DNA from: Rhizophagus irregularis
Lineage: Eukaryota
Assembly (NCBI RefSeq): GCF_026210795.1
Contig: NC_089429.1
Coordinates: forward strand, 6,820,001 to 6,884,000
DNA: 64,000 bases
Direction: 5' to 3'
A model generated the notes under the pieces. It was not told the DNA's origin. It ran no database searches and saw nothing but the letters and a program-made list of their open reading frames with translations. The first letter of the stretch is position 1. Each line of letters starts with the position of its first letter. Shown here one piece after another: positions 45,944 to 59,900 of the stretch. The position numbers were made by a program, and so were the translations under genes.

Positions 45944-47902
45944 TTGTTAATTAAGAACACAATCTACGAATTCCACATTAGCTACACACCTTTAACATTA
46001 CTACAACACAACGCGCAGGTTTATAGATTCATAGAAAATGGTAGGATTAACACTTGTACTGCTGACCACACAAATTACGAAATTACCAAATGGCATGACA
46101 GTTATACGACGACTGGTTTAATTATTTGGTATATCCATTGGGGACCGGAATCATTGCCAAATTTAACAACCACCATCAATAACACGACCGGCGACCATAA
46201 CACAGTAGAAGTTTCTATTACCCATGAGGCGTTTAATGGATGTATAGAGAGATGGATCGATAATCCACAATAAAAAGATGAGTTTCTTACGATAAGAAAT
46301 GAGATTAAACACAAATCAGAAGTCACGTTCTACACTGATGGGTCATTAGCATATAGAAATGTACAATCGCAGCTCGGTCTAGATACTCAATTATCGATTA
46401 GAGCTGCGTTACTAATCAGTTAGTAAAAGCGAGTTTGTCATTATGGCCCTCTTCTACTAAAGCTGAACTAGTGGCCATCTTCTTAGCACTCCTGGCTGCT
46501 CAATGCTCAGCAACAGTTTAAAATATATATACAGATAGTTAAGCGGCAATATATTCTGTTCATTAATAATATAAAATATTCAACTACGAGGAAATGGTTG
46601 AAACGAAACAACTTTTTTGGTGCTACTCAAAATTGCATGATTATGAGAGAAAACAAATAGTTTTGAAGTTGATTAAAATTAAAGGACACAGTGGTGGTAT
46701 AGAGTTAAATGAACGGGCAGATGAATTAGTGAAAGAAGCTGGAACATTTTGATAATTTATTTAATTATAGTTATTTTAATATGCGTTACTTTCCTCATTT
46801 TCAAAGATATCCGATCGAACAGAAATTTAGAAAATTTGTGAGAAAACTGTCTTTCAAACCCATGTGAATGCAGAGCACTCATTGCTGTCAGTCAATAATT
46901 AATATCAGCCGAACAACTTTATCATAGATCATATTGATTGGGGCATCACATGGACAATTTTCAAACATATTAAAGGGTTCAAATGCAACTCAATGGCGCA
47001 AAACACAAAATTTTTATTTTTATTTTATAATTTTCTCCCGACTACTTACATTATTCCCTATATTTGGCAATCAAGTTAACGTCGCAATTGGCAGAACCGG
47101 TTAATTTGGTACGCGCCGATATTTCGTCATTTGTCAACAACCTAATCGGATTGCATGTCTGTTCTGACACATTTGAAACATTTTGCCATCAAGCCATTAA
47201 ACTCAATCTCTAAGGAATACACAAGAAGAACAATGGACAAACTCCGCACATCGAAGGCTAAAGTAGTCACATTTTTAGGTCATTTAGTAACGTAACTTTT
47301 TAAAAACTTAATTTGAATCACTAGATGTAACGCCATGATTAAATGGGAAAAAGACCATAGCAAAGGTAAACGTTCAATGACTAGCAATCACCAAACGCAA
47401 CCACAATATAAAAAGAGGCGACAACGAAAGCGACATCATATGGATACGAATGATCCGGCTTCAGCTGACCACACTATTATCGTATTAGACAAACCTATCA
47501 ACTGACGTTTTTGCGGACCGTAGAGAGAGCAAGATCATCTAGATATGAACGAAAAGTGGCCGCTTTCACTAAACTATGGACACAAATGGATTTATATGTT
47601 ACCAAAAATATCCTTTATGAATGGGCCTACAATACAAATTCAGTTCTATTTATAATAGGTTGGGCGTTTGTTTTAGATACGATCCATTAAGTTTTGAGAT
47701 ATTTATTGTTAATTTTATTTTGGAATAGCTGGGCTATTATAGATAGATATATATTTTAGGTTAGATAAATTATTTATTTTATTTTATTTTAGGTTAATTT
47801 TTGTTCCTATATTTTAATTCTCGAATCTGTGCTTTAATTACGTTTTTGTAATTATACGAAATCTAATTAATAAATGGTCACGTGTGCATTAAAAAAAAAA
47901 AA
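45944..47902 (+). mobile_element. 5'-truncated LINE: RNase H domain, ORF2 C-terminus and poly(A)
   Basis: VTFYTDGSLA (from 46322), WPSSTKAELVAIFLALL, IYTDS*AAI, LIKIKGHSG..LNERADEL, TRCNAMIKWEK (~47320) and an A-run at 47892-47902. Many stops; 5' boundary approximate. Confidence 0.85.
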
Positions 47903-48124
47903 TCAGTGCGTCATCTTTTAAGAAATAAATCACGTATTCAATTAAATTAAAAATTTTTATAACAAAATGTATAACATCAAAAGAATAAAATATAAACTTA
48001 AATATGATTTTCAAGAATTTTTATTTATAATAAGTAAAAAATAAATTCTTATCCCCAGGAAAACTCAGACGTGTGATCAATTTCTAAAAAATTTTTTATA
48101 GGGGTCCGCGTCATTTTAGATCCC

Positions 48125-48790
48125 TCAGCGATAGATCTAATTTCTCTTTATCTGCGAGAATTGACCATCATTTCTTCTCGTCGTATTATTTTTGATACTT
48201 CTGCGAGGGATCTAATTTTGTTTTTTTCCTTCTCGCCGTATTATTTTTGATGCTTCCGCGAGGGATCTAATCTGCATCGTTTTCTTTCTCGCCGTATTAT
48301 TTTTGATGCTTCCGCGAGGGATCTAATCTGCATCGTTTTCTTTCTCGCCGTATTATTTTTGATGCTTCCGCGAGGGATCTAATCTGCATCGTTTTCTTTC
48401 TCGCCGTATTATTTTTGATGCTTCCGCGAGGGATCTAATCTGCATCGTTTTCTTTCTCGCCGTATTATTTTTGATGCTTCCGCGAGGGATCTAATCTGCA
48501 TCGTTTTCTTTCTCGCCGTATTATTTTTGATGCTTCCGCGAGGGATCTAATCTGCATCGTTTTCTTTCTCGCCGTATTATTTTTGATGCTTCCGTGAGGG
48601 ATCTAATCTGCATCGTTTTCTTTCTCGCCGTATTATTTTTGATATTTCCGCGAGGGATCTTATTTCGCTTTATCTGTATCGTTTTCTTCTCGCCGTATAA
48701 TTTTTGATGCTTCCGCGAGGGATCTAATTTCGCTTTATCTGCGAGAATTGACCATCATTTTCTTCTCGCAGTATTATTTTAGATAACTTA
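48125..48790. repeat. 56-bp CpG-rich minisatellite, ~7 near-identical copies plus degenerate flanks
   Basis: CCGCGAGGGATCTAATCTGCATCGTTTTCTTTCTCGCCGTATTATTTTTGATGCTT starts at 48256, 48312, 48368, 48424, 48480, 48536 and 48592. Confidence 0.95.
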
Positions 48791-50674
48791 GCGAGAGATG
48801 TAAAGATCGATAAGTTTGGGAGTATCTTTATAATAATTTGTATTTGGTATTAACCATATCTAAGGGTATTTTTTCACATTTCCAAATTCTCTCTCATCAT
48901 GGCATGTTTAAATACTGATAAAATGTTAGTCCCCATCAGGAGTTATAAACATAAACAATTGTTTCATATATTACAATACATTTGAAGAATCAACATAATC
49001 GTTAATTAGTAATTTTACCTAAAAAAGGATAAGCATAGCTAAATTAAATCAACGACTTTTCTATTAAAATTAACAATAGACACATGCATCAAAACAAAGT
49101 TCATTTTCTTTTAAAAAAAAAGTTACAAAACAATAAAATATTACTTTTGCGAACAATTATAAAAAAAAAGAATTATTTTTTTCTTTATAATAGGGCTTTT
49201 GATTTATTCGAATAATAAATTTAGAACAATTATAAATTTATAGTACTACTTTTTAAAGAACAATATCTTGCAGGTATTAATTATTATTATATTTTACAGA
49301 TTTAAATTTTTAGAAAATTTGTAGTTAATTTTTAAGAAAAAGGTAAAAAATTTTAGGATTGTTTTTACTGGAACAATGCCTCCAGTTTCAAAAATCTTTT
49401 TATAGTTGTAATATACCTATAAACAATAGGTTTGATTTCAAAAGTCATTATTAAAGATTTTATAAGTTAAGAACATTAATAATTGAAGAAAAAATTTTTA
49501 TTTTATATATGCAAATGAAATTTATTTATAAATATATGAGTTATCCAAATTCGAAATCAGTGGTGTTAGTAGCTAATTCCTATTATTATCGCTATACAAT
49601 GTTCTGATTCCTGAAGTAGAAATGTATCAATAGCGTAACTTTTGTAAAATATGCAGGACAAATAGATATCGTATGAGTCGATATTTTTACTCAATAATGT
49701 ATCAATAACGTAACTCTTTCACAATAATATATACTCCTCTGGTACACTTCGGACTAATAAAAGTACTATAAATATTACGTTTTTTGGCTAGTTGATCAAA
49801 ATTTACATCTTTTTTTAAAATCTATATAATTGGATCGTTCCCATATTGAGAAGAGATGTATAGATAAAATTTTGAGAACGGATAATCAGAAATTCAATCC
49901 TTTCTCTGGAGTTTTTCATTAGGCCAACAGGGCGAGGAGGTGAAATCACTTTTGCGAGAAAGTTGGAGTTGCCTGGTGTAGTGGAAAATATTTGTCCAAG
50001 ATAGGACGAGAGATTCCTCTTAAGACAAATTCAGCCGATAGATTTATTCTCATAACATGCGGTTATTTTTAAATAATATATATATATATACAGTATATAC
50101 TATATATAGTGATTGTCACCAGTAAGAAAATAAAATACTTGTACAAAGTGAAATCATGTAAAAATTTGTGAAATTTCACGCGCAAAAATGAAATTAAAAA
50201 TTTGTGAATAATTATGATATAGTACTATAATATATTTAGTACATTTTTTTGATGATTTTAAAACATTAATAAATTAAGAGTTTGTTTTTTAATTGTAACA
50301 ATTAATAATTTTATAAACTAAGAAAGGAAGTAAAAGTAATTATGGAATTTGCTTTTATAATAAAAATTGGCAAAAATTGAAAAATTTAATTATGAATTAG
50401 AATAATAAGTCTATATATATATGAAAGACGAATCTATAGAAGAGAAATGAAATAAATACGAATTATTATTATTGATTCATGCCCCGACACTTGTCAGGGA
50501 TGATAGCAAATCTTATGCATAAATATTTATTATGCATAATAAGTAATTTTGTTTGGTAAATAAGGAAAGGTGTTATAGGTGTCAAGGTGAATTGCAATAA
50601 TTGCAAAACATAAATTTTCTTATTAAATCTATAATGATTTCAAGTATTTATATGCGAATAAAATTGGAAGACTT

Positions 50675-50795
50675 GATTCACCAAGTTTTGAACCATATAA
50701 ATCATAAGATTCCCCAAGTTTTGAGCCATTTAAATCATATGATTTTGAACCATATAAATCATAAGGTTTTGAACCATATAAATCATATGATATTA
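50675..50795. repeat. 24/33-bp minisatellite
   Basis: TTTTGA(A/G)CCAT(A/T)TAAATCATA occurs four times. Confidence 0.8.
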
Positions 50796-51769
50796 AGTTT
50801 TTAACAAAATGTGTTTTATGCATGAATTTGATAAAGGTTTACAATTTTATTAAATGTTTGTAAGATTTATAAAATTTTATTAATTAGATATACTAAATGA
50901 TAATTTCGCTCTGAAGATGACTTTTTTTTTGTCGTATATATACAAAAAAACTCAACTATACCGCTACATACATTACATACCATATATTCGTTGATCCCTT
51001 TCTAATTCGAAATACAAAAGATTTCCAATCAGGGTAAAAATAGCTGAAAAGTTATTTTTGGTTCATTCTAGTAAGAAATGAATAAAATTGTTTATATTTA
51101 AAGTTATTTATAAATTTTTTTTCTTTGTTTCCAATATTTTGCTTTTTTTTTATACGATGATCTAAGTATGATTGTCCTTGTATTAATTGTCATTGTGTCC
51201 AAAAACGTTAAAGATCATTTGATTCTTTGAAGTCGCGAATACCAAACATATAATCTAAATTATTTTTAGTAAAACATTAAATGCAGAGGCAATAAATAAA
51301 GGGCGTCACAAGTTTCATAATATATTTTATCTTTTCGGAGGTAGCGCATGAAACATTTATCCCGTAATTATTATTTATTACTTCTTTTTAAATGAACAGT
51401 AGGATTGATTTATTATTTGTGCATTAATTAACTGCATCATCTTTTCGAAAGAATTCTATCACGCTACCTAAATATTATGAACAATCATTTGGTTGAAGTC
51501 AGAATGTACTAGCGATAAAAATTATTTTAGTACCCTTATAATATACTATTTTTAAAAGGTCTATGATTAATATATAAAGCTCACGTAATACAGTATTACA
51601 GTATTTAAAATGTAAATACATAGAGTTTGGTATATACTGTATAACTATGCAGACGTAAAGCATGAATTCTTCTATAATATTATATCTCCGTAGGATATTG
51701 CGCCAGCAGCTTTTGCAAAAGATCCTAGAGATGCGAATTTTTATATTAATATAAAATTTGATAAGTTCT

Positions 51770-51995
51770 AGACTTGACGAATTTCAGATTTGGCTTCTCA
51801 ATGCATCCAAATCTGACTTGTTCAATAGAAGTTCATCTCAGTTCATCTCTCATGACAATGAAGTCTAACACTTGGGTTTTTGAGCATTGATATTAATGTA
51901 GATACAAACGATGGGTACTATGATCAATTGAATTAGCTTAGCGATATTCTTATCGCTAGCAGTTATACCATCGATTTCTTCTATTAAGATATTTA
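51770..51995 (-). pseudogene. RFC1: RFC1-like relic, copy C (Walker B region, no SRPBCC insert)
   Basis: ILIEEIDGITASDKNIAKLIQLIIVPIVCI. DNA is colinear with 34680-34905 and 37890-38118. Confidence 0.75.
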
Positions 51996-53329
51996 TTAAG
52001 TTTAATTTGTTGTGAAAAAAACACTCGAATGCACGTGATCCGGTGATCTGTAGTAATTGACGTATTTTTTGTTGCCACCTTGCCACCTTATAAAATTTTC
52101 TGACATGGTCAAAAAAGAAAGTTGATTATAGAAGTTAGTTGTACTGTACATACTGTACTGGACCAAATCAATTATCAGCCACACTAGAAAAATTTTGTCG
52201 CGTCTTTAATATTTATATAATTTTGACCAATAAAGTTAACAAATCAAATTAAATAAGACAAAATGAAAAATTTTATTTTATTAAGCATTATAGAATAATT
52301 ACAGTAATGAGAAAGTTGTAAGGTACGAAATTTTCTTTTTGATATTTTGTTACTAGAAAGGTGTAAAAGTCATGGTATTTGATTAGGAAGGAGTAAGAAA
52401 CATGATAAGTGAAATTTAATGTTTTTTAATATTTTATTACTAAGAAGGTATATAGATACGAAATTTTCTCCATAAATATAAAAGCTAAATTCAATAAAAA
52501 TTAGATATATATAAGAGTTCCATAGTCCATACCCACCAAGTATTTTATTTGGTCTCCATTTAGTTTTCAAGTTTTCAAAAAATAGTATACTTTGACCAAA
52601 GTATCAAAATTATGCTCTAAACTTTTGTAATAGTTATCAAACCAGTAATAAATAAACTTAATAATAATAATTTTCAACTACTTTTCGTTTGAAATTTTTT
52701 TAAAAAAAAGAATCATTACTGTTAAACAATTGATGCGCCGCCACAATTTTTTTTTTAAATAGTCAAAACCAATACAGCGTGTAATACAGTATGTACAGTA
52801 CAACAAACTTCTATAATAGATGCTACACGAAATGTGTGGCTGATGATAAGAATTTTGTTTTGTATTTTTTGAACCAATCATAAGAGGAAACACGTGCTAA
52901 TCTGTGCTAATCTGATAAATGTTTTTCTCCACAGTTTTGTTTTATCATAAATATTTAGCAATTAGTCCTGAATCGGACCGTACTATTCTAAATCCAGAGG
53001 ACAGAATTCTTTAGGATAGGGTATGTTCAATTTTAAATTTGTAAATTTAAAATATAATAAATAAAAAATTTTTATGTATTTTAATACATAATTTTCGTAC
53101 CGTAATTTTGTAGTTGGCGCCTTTATTCAAGTCGAAATTGTTTGTTTAGCGGTGTGAAACCATTATTATGAGGTTTATTAATGTCTTTATGACAAGAGAT
53201 ATTCAAAATCATCAAAGAAACATCTTTACGATCTTTTAATTTAAAGATTTAAGAAAATGATGTATAGTATATAAAGTTTCTTGAATAATCATAAAATTAT
53301 CGTAATAAAGAATTCTTAATTCTTACCAT

Positions 53330-54600
53330 TAAATCAGGATTCAGACGATGATACAATGCCTCCAAAGTTAAGAATCCTCTGCTTCAATACCACGTCAATC
53401 AATACGGCTTAATCGAAAAGAACTAAGAAAGAACACAAGCGCTCTGTTGCCAATGTAAAATAAGGATGATGATTTATCCGATTGATTTATCCGATAAAAT
53501 TGATCTCCTCGAATCACTTAAGAAAACCCAAGGTATTTTTATCTTAAAACTCTTAGGTATTTGAATAAACTCCAGAAAAAACACTAAAAGCAATAACTAA
53601 TTAACGCTCATCAAAAGGTAATGATGACGATTCTGTATTAAAAGAAAAATCAAATCGGGGGTGAAAAAAAATCGAAAAAGAAAATCAAAAAAAGAAAATA
53701 ATTGTGGACGATGCGTTCGCCTAAGAAAGGGACGAAGTGACGTTGACGTACTGTATGTGAAATTGTCACTTTCACCTCCAAGAACATGAAATGTGAACAA
53801 AATGAAGTGTTATTACTCCTGAGAAAACTTATAAAAGTTGAGGAGATGACTTACTTGGTTCTTAGAAGCTCAAGACTTCGTCAAACGTCTCAAGGGTCGG
53901 GTCACTTTACAGTCTAGTTTTTAAACTTTGTCGGATAAGATCCAGGACCAAAGAAAATCAAAAAATTGAAACTCCTACTTCGGCTTTTTAGAGTTCTTCC
54001 GAGAAATCGGATGATGTTATAGATAAATCTTAAAATCAAAAACTCTAAGCTCCTATCAAGAGTACAATTATTGCAGTCGCTTAACCTACTTCGCCGAATC
54101 ATTCGCTTAATTGCGGACAGAAAAATATTATCAAAATCTCTCAGAAATTTTTTGGTAATCAAAATCTTGTGAAAAATATGGGGAAGATGGCTTTAGCGAG
54201 CAAGATAAAACTTAAGAGCAAGGAATGTATGTTTACATGTTAATTACTGGGTCTCCCAGAATCGGAAAGACATCAACTGTTCATCTTAGTTGTAAATACT
54301 CAAAGGCACAAAGTGGTGAGCTCTCGTGTTCGTTCAATTAGTGATAATTCTAAAGGATTCGCATGATCAATTCGTAAATCTCAAGAGCAACAAAATTCAG
54401 TATTGTCTCATATTCGTCTGTATATATCAATGCTAGTGATGCTCGAAGCGGAGTTTATCAAAGTAGCAACAAAAATACATCGATTACTATGCAAATATAG
54501 AGAAAAGAAACGCTTATATAATGGATGAAATTGGTGATATGTCTGCTGATGACAAGAGAAGTATCGCTGATTGATCAAGAAAACAAAAATTTTTATCGTT
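53330..54600 (+). pseudogene. RFC1: RFC1-like relic, copy D (BRCT plus AAA+)
   Basis: EAQDFVKRLKGRVT...VG*DPGPKKIKK (BRCT, 53865-53975), R.TEKY..GNQNLVK, ITGSPRIGKTSTVHL (Walker A, 54243-54287), INASDARS and IMDEIGDMSADD..LIKKTK (54520-54590). 5' boundary approximate. Confidence 0.82.
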
Positions 54601-54655
54601 CATACCAACCATTCAGTATTTATTCCATATATTACGACTGGACGTCAACATCTTA

Positions 54656-55530
54656 GGAATCTTCAAGATCTAAAGGGACCCTCTAAATCCACTATTTCAC
54701 GAAACAAACAAAAAGGAAAGAACTAAGAAATCAAATTCTATTCCAAGTAGTAAAAGATCGATATGAAACTTTAGCTATAAGTGTTCACCACAACCGCCAT
54801 CAGGATCCTCAAGATCTAAAGGGGGGCCCTCTAAATCCACTATTTCACGAAACAAACAAAAAGAAAGAACTAAGCAATCAAATTCTATTCCAAGAAGTAA
54901 AAGATTGATATGAAACTTTAGCTATAAGTGTTCACCACAACCACCATCAGGATCCTCAAGATCTAAAGGGGCCATCTAAATCCACTATTTCACGAAACAA
55001 ACAAAGGAAAAGAAAGAACTAAGAAATCAAATTCTGTTCCAAGAAGTAAAAGATCGATATGAAACTTTAGCTGTAAGTGTTCACCACAACTGCCATCAGG
55101 ATCCTCAAGATCTATAGAGGTCCTCTAAATCCATTATTTCACGAAACAAACAAAAGGAAAGAAAGAACTAAGAAATCAAATTATATTCCAAGAAGTAAAA
55201 GATTGATATGAAACTTTAGCTATAAGTGTTCACCACAGCCGCCATCAGGATCCTCAAGATCTAAAGGGGCCCTCTAAATCCACTATTTCACGAAACAAAC
55301 AACAGGAAAGAAAGAACTAAGCAATCAAATTCTATTCCAAGAAGTAAAAGATCGATATGAAACTTTAGCTGTAAGTGTTCACCACAACCGCCATCAGGAT
55401 CCTCAAGATCTAAAGGGATCCTTTAAATCCACTATTTCACGAAACGAAAGAAAGAACTAGGCAATCAAATTCTACTCCAAGAAGTAAATGATCGATATGA
55501 AACTTTAGCTGTAAGTGTTCACCACAACCT
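54656..55530. repeat. 147-149-bp tandem repeat, 6 copies
   Basis: GGATCCTCAAGATCTA-like starts at 54656, 54803, 54950, 55099, 55248 and 55397. Confidence 0.95.
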
Positions 55531-55899
55531 CCACCACAACCACAATCACTACCACAACAACAACCGCAACCCCATTACCACAACCAGTACCACAAAAAAA
55601 GAAATTACCGTTACTATCTATTACTACGACCCCAACCCAACTACGTGTTTATTACCAATCATATGAATATTATCAAACACCATTATCACCACCACAATTG
55701 AATAACTGGACAATGCATCAACTGCCTTATTTATACCAACCACAACAACTATCACTACACTATGAACAATACGTACCAGCAGTAACACTTACCTTAACTA
55801 TTTGTAAATTACCATCTCATATCATGTGAAGATAACCATTATCACTATCACAATTGCTACGTGATAAAGTATACTTTACTCCTGCATAGTTGTAGTAAA

Positions 55900-56400
55900 A
55901 GAACTTTATTGATGAAGTTAAGCTCGAGAGTGTTTCGCGCGTAACGAGAATTATTATGTGATATATTTTTTTTTTTATCTTGTGTAATTAAAAGAGATGG
56001 GAAAGGTATATGAGTTGTTGAGTAGGGATGTAATCTATTTATTTCTTGGTCATTTGATGTGGGAAGAAAAAAAGTTAACGAAGTTGTAGATCAAGTGTGT
56101 TTGGTGTGTAACGTGAATTATTATTTGATGAATTTTTTTTATTTTGTGTAGTTAAGATGGGCAGGTACATGAATCGATGAGTAGTGCATAATAGAGGAGT
56201 GTTTAGAATGTGATCTATTTATTTTGTGTGATGAAACGAAGGCTAAATTTCTTATTTATGAAGCAAGATCAAGAGTGGCGAGCAATGAGGATTATTATTT
56301 TATGTATTTTTTTTCCTTATCTTGTTTAGTTAAAAGGAAGGGAAGGTATATTGATCATTGAAGTGTTAATGAAGAATGTGTAGACAATGTAAGATTTTTC
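55900..56400. repeat. Degenerate ~170-bp repeats, inverted homolog of 34230-34450 / 37380-37800
   Basis: The reverse complement of 56040-56110 (ACACCAAACACACTTGATCT..AACTTC.TTAACTT..TTTCTT.CCACATCA.ATGA.CAAGAAAT) matches from 34231. Confidence 0.7.
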
Positions 56401-56999
56401 TTCAGGGAACGATCTAAAACTAAATTACTCGTATTACCTTTTTTTTGTTCTGACATGAAATAATAAAAAGTTATTGAAAATGGAAGAGTATTAATTGGCA
56501 TAATTTGAGGTCGTTCATTCATATTATTGGCCGTATCAATTTCAAGCTTATGATTTTGTAAAGCATCGTTACCATTATCATTACTGTGAGAATTAATGTT
56601 TTTTGGGTTATTGAAAGAGTTTGAAAAGGAGTCGGAAAACGAGCGTTCGTTTTGATAGAGGATTTATGTACATTGAATTTAATAAATTGACCAAGATAAA
56701 ATATATAAATTTATAACAATCTTTTTAAATTAATTCATTTTTATTATATTACATAAAGTATTCACCTTATGCTTCTAAATTCATAATAGAGTTTGTATCT
56801 CAATGATCTTTAAAAAGTATAATCTCTTATATTTTGAAACTATTGTTTAATGATAAGCAACAAACAATTATTTATTTTTATGCTCATTTATTTTTTTTTA
56901 TGCTCAAAATGAAAATTATCAAACGTAAAATTTGTACTATCAGAGACCTAATGTTTAGGTTTTGTTTTACCATTCTCCACTATTGTTAAATAAAACCAT

Positions 57000-59900
57000 T
57001 CTCCCACTGTAATTAGAAAATTATTAAGAAACGCCAATTTCCCGCAGCATTAGAAAAAAACCAAATAGACAAAAAGAAAACCAAAATCTCCTCATGGATC
57101 TATTTCCAGAGAGAATTGGCGATAACAAATTTCTACGAGCCTATAACAATTAGAAGTTCTTGTAATCAGAGATCCCGACAGATTTGATGTGACAAAATTC
57201 TACATAAATCAGAAATACAGTAATCTTGTCTTCATTTTCCGATCGTTTACCAGCGTTGCTCCACCAGTGATAATAACGAGTACTGATGCATGTCGGATCT
57301 GCTCCGTTTGTATATCCTTTGAAGTTAAAAAAAAAAATCAACTAAAATATTAAATATTAAGCCAATTAATGACTTGAAATAATAAGAATTTGCCGAGAAT
57401 CGCATATCATGTTAAAGGGGCAACATCATCAAATACATCAAATATTCTATATTTCTTCGATATCTCAGAATAAATACCAATTATAACTTTCTATATGAGA
57501 TTGTACATTTTTTCTAAATTAATTTAATAAATTAATATACAAAGACATACTTGTTATGCTACGCATGAATATTTTAGATCAATCAATTCCCTTTTTACTA
57601 ATTTCTTTCCGGATTTAAATTCCGGAGGGGTTGGTTCGTATTTTACTATACTGCTTTTACGCCAAATTTTTCCATAAGAGCATTTATACTGCTCTTTTTC
57701 CTTCTTCAGCGAAAAACTGATGGCCATCGCTATTCTTTTGCTTTGAAGCGAGATTGGCCTGATTGACCTGATTTGGATTTGCCATCGGTATTTTTTCCGT
57801 AAGAGTCTTTATATCGTTATGATTGGCCATTAGTTTTTTAACTTATATTAAAGAGTTAATAATTATTAGTATTAAGGAAAAAAATGAATAATAAGAATGT
57901 GGAATAAAATTTACATACTGTAGAATCCCATATGCTTATGAAATTTTATGGCGCATTATGTTGTTCATAAAACGATCCAACATACAACAGCAGTTGCCGC
58001 TGCTTGCTGTAAGTATTAATTATGCTGCGTGATCACTTCCATCAGATTTGATTAATTATATTTAATTTTCCACATTAATCCTTTCAATACACATTGAATG
58101 CTATTGACAACATGCGGTATTTGAAAAAACATGATCCAAATTAAGAATCTTCGTAACGAAATTCTCCACGGATTGGAACATGTAAAATATCTAAGAAAGC
58201 AAATAATATTAATAAAAAAGAATAAAAAAATAATTTACAATACCAAAGAATGTTAAAAGCAAATATTGTACGTACAATGCAATAAGACTCCGAAATCACA
58301 ATTTACAATTAGTGAAATCCAAAATTATTTTTCAATAAGGAACTCACGCACCATAACTAAATTCTACCACTTCGAAGCGATATTTAAAATTTTCATTGAA
58401 TGGATAAAATCTTTTCAATAAATAAATTTTCATTTTAAATATATTATTTAATTATCAATTTTGATCGAATTTTGTATTCTACAAATGCCATTTGTGAAAG
58501 AGATTTAAAAGAAGTAATTTCCTAACAAAGGAAATATCCATTTACATCTATATTCTTGTTGGACCCGTAGGAACTTGCATACGAGTTTTTTTTAGTATTC
58601 CAACAGAAATACTTTAATTATTACATTTACTAAAAATTAATTTGTAAATTCTTTCTTTCGATACTTTTCTTTTGCGCTTATAATCCTAAACTTCTCCTTC
58701 GATTGAAAGCTGTACCATATCTTTAATCCAAACTGGCGTGATATGAGTGAAAAATTCACATAGTTAAAAAATAAGTATTCTTGGAAATTTATGCGAAAAT
58801 AATATGAAAAGGTCTTCCGAATCATTTGGCAGAAAATGTGCTAATCACGTTGTAAGTTTTACATGTGATTCTAGATTATGGCCAAAGGAGCATGTGAAAA
58901 TGTTCCCATAATATAGGTGTAGCTATGTAACACCAGATACTATTCATGAATGTAAAGCAAGATTGTTCTTCAATTCAGTAAATCAACAACGAGAACATCT
59001 ATGACAAGTTGAGCTGACTATAATCGTCATTTTTCCAATGAAACTTTCGTCCAGACAACTAGAGTTATCATAAAATGATTTTTAACAATTAAAAATTATT
59101 AAAATACTAATCCATTAAATATAACATACCTTACCATACAAGCTTTTTCTTCAGTCCTCATTACACGTCAAAAGCTGGGTTTGTAAGTCCAGTCATTCCA
59201 AAAAAAGTGTTCAAGATTCTGCACCATGAAGCCAAGTATGTAAAGGTATATGGATAATATTCACAGGATTTCACTAATAATACCATCAACACTTCATATA
59301 AGAAAATTTCAGCGAATATCAGGATACTTTCATCTACTCGGGACTGCTGATCGCTAGTAATGTGTTGATATGATATCATCACAAATACAGAAAACAAGTA
59401 TCTAGTTATCATCATGCGATTTCGTCCAGTTGGGGAAATAGTTTATTAAGAAACCACGATTTTACCTATTAAAATAAATATAACACAAATAAATATTAAT
59501 TATTAAAATAATTACCCGTTATAAAAAAGATAAATAAAGAGTCCCTTCGATACCTGGCTGAATATATTTATTATTAATTAAGCATTGCTTTAAATGCGAT
59601 GAAAAAGCTCTATATGCTGCAACATCATTCATCATCATTCATCATTTTTAAACATTAGTGATCGATAAAGAAAACTAGGTATTGAACTGATGTTGCGACA
59701 AATGGGCACCAGCTATGGCAGCAGTTCCCTAGCATGTTTGGGATCCTGAACACGTACTATTGAACCGATTTGTCCAAAAGTTTGGTATAAAATAAATATT
59801 AAAATTATCATATATTGAAAGTCGTTCTATTTAGTATTTGTTACTGTAATTGAAATTTAACAGATAGAGGTTGTGGTCACAAACTGTGAAGAAATTTCGT

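Noticed and set aside
48125..48790. CRISPR-like array
   Set aside because: Units are contiguous and identical with no unique spacers, there are no cas genes, and the context is eukaryotic.
49900..50050. Second HDV-like ribozyme (CCTCCTCGC on the minus strand)
   Set aside because: P3 cannot close and no P2 or J4/2 was found. It is more likely a coding remnant.
50601..50823. Short ORFs with YDLYGSK / LNHINH peptide repeats
   Set aside because: They are explained by a 24/33-bp minisatellite, with no other coding evidence.
58637..58825. HMG-box (MATA-HMG-like) ORF
   Set aside because: The resemblance is loose, and it lies colinearly inside the probable Blm10 relic.
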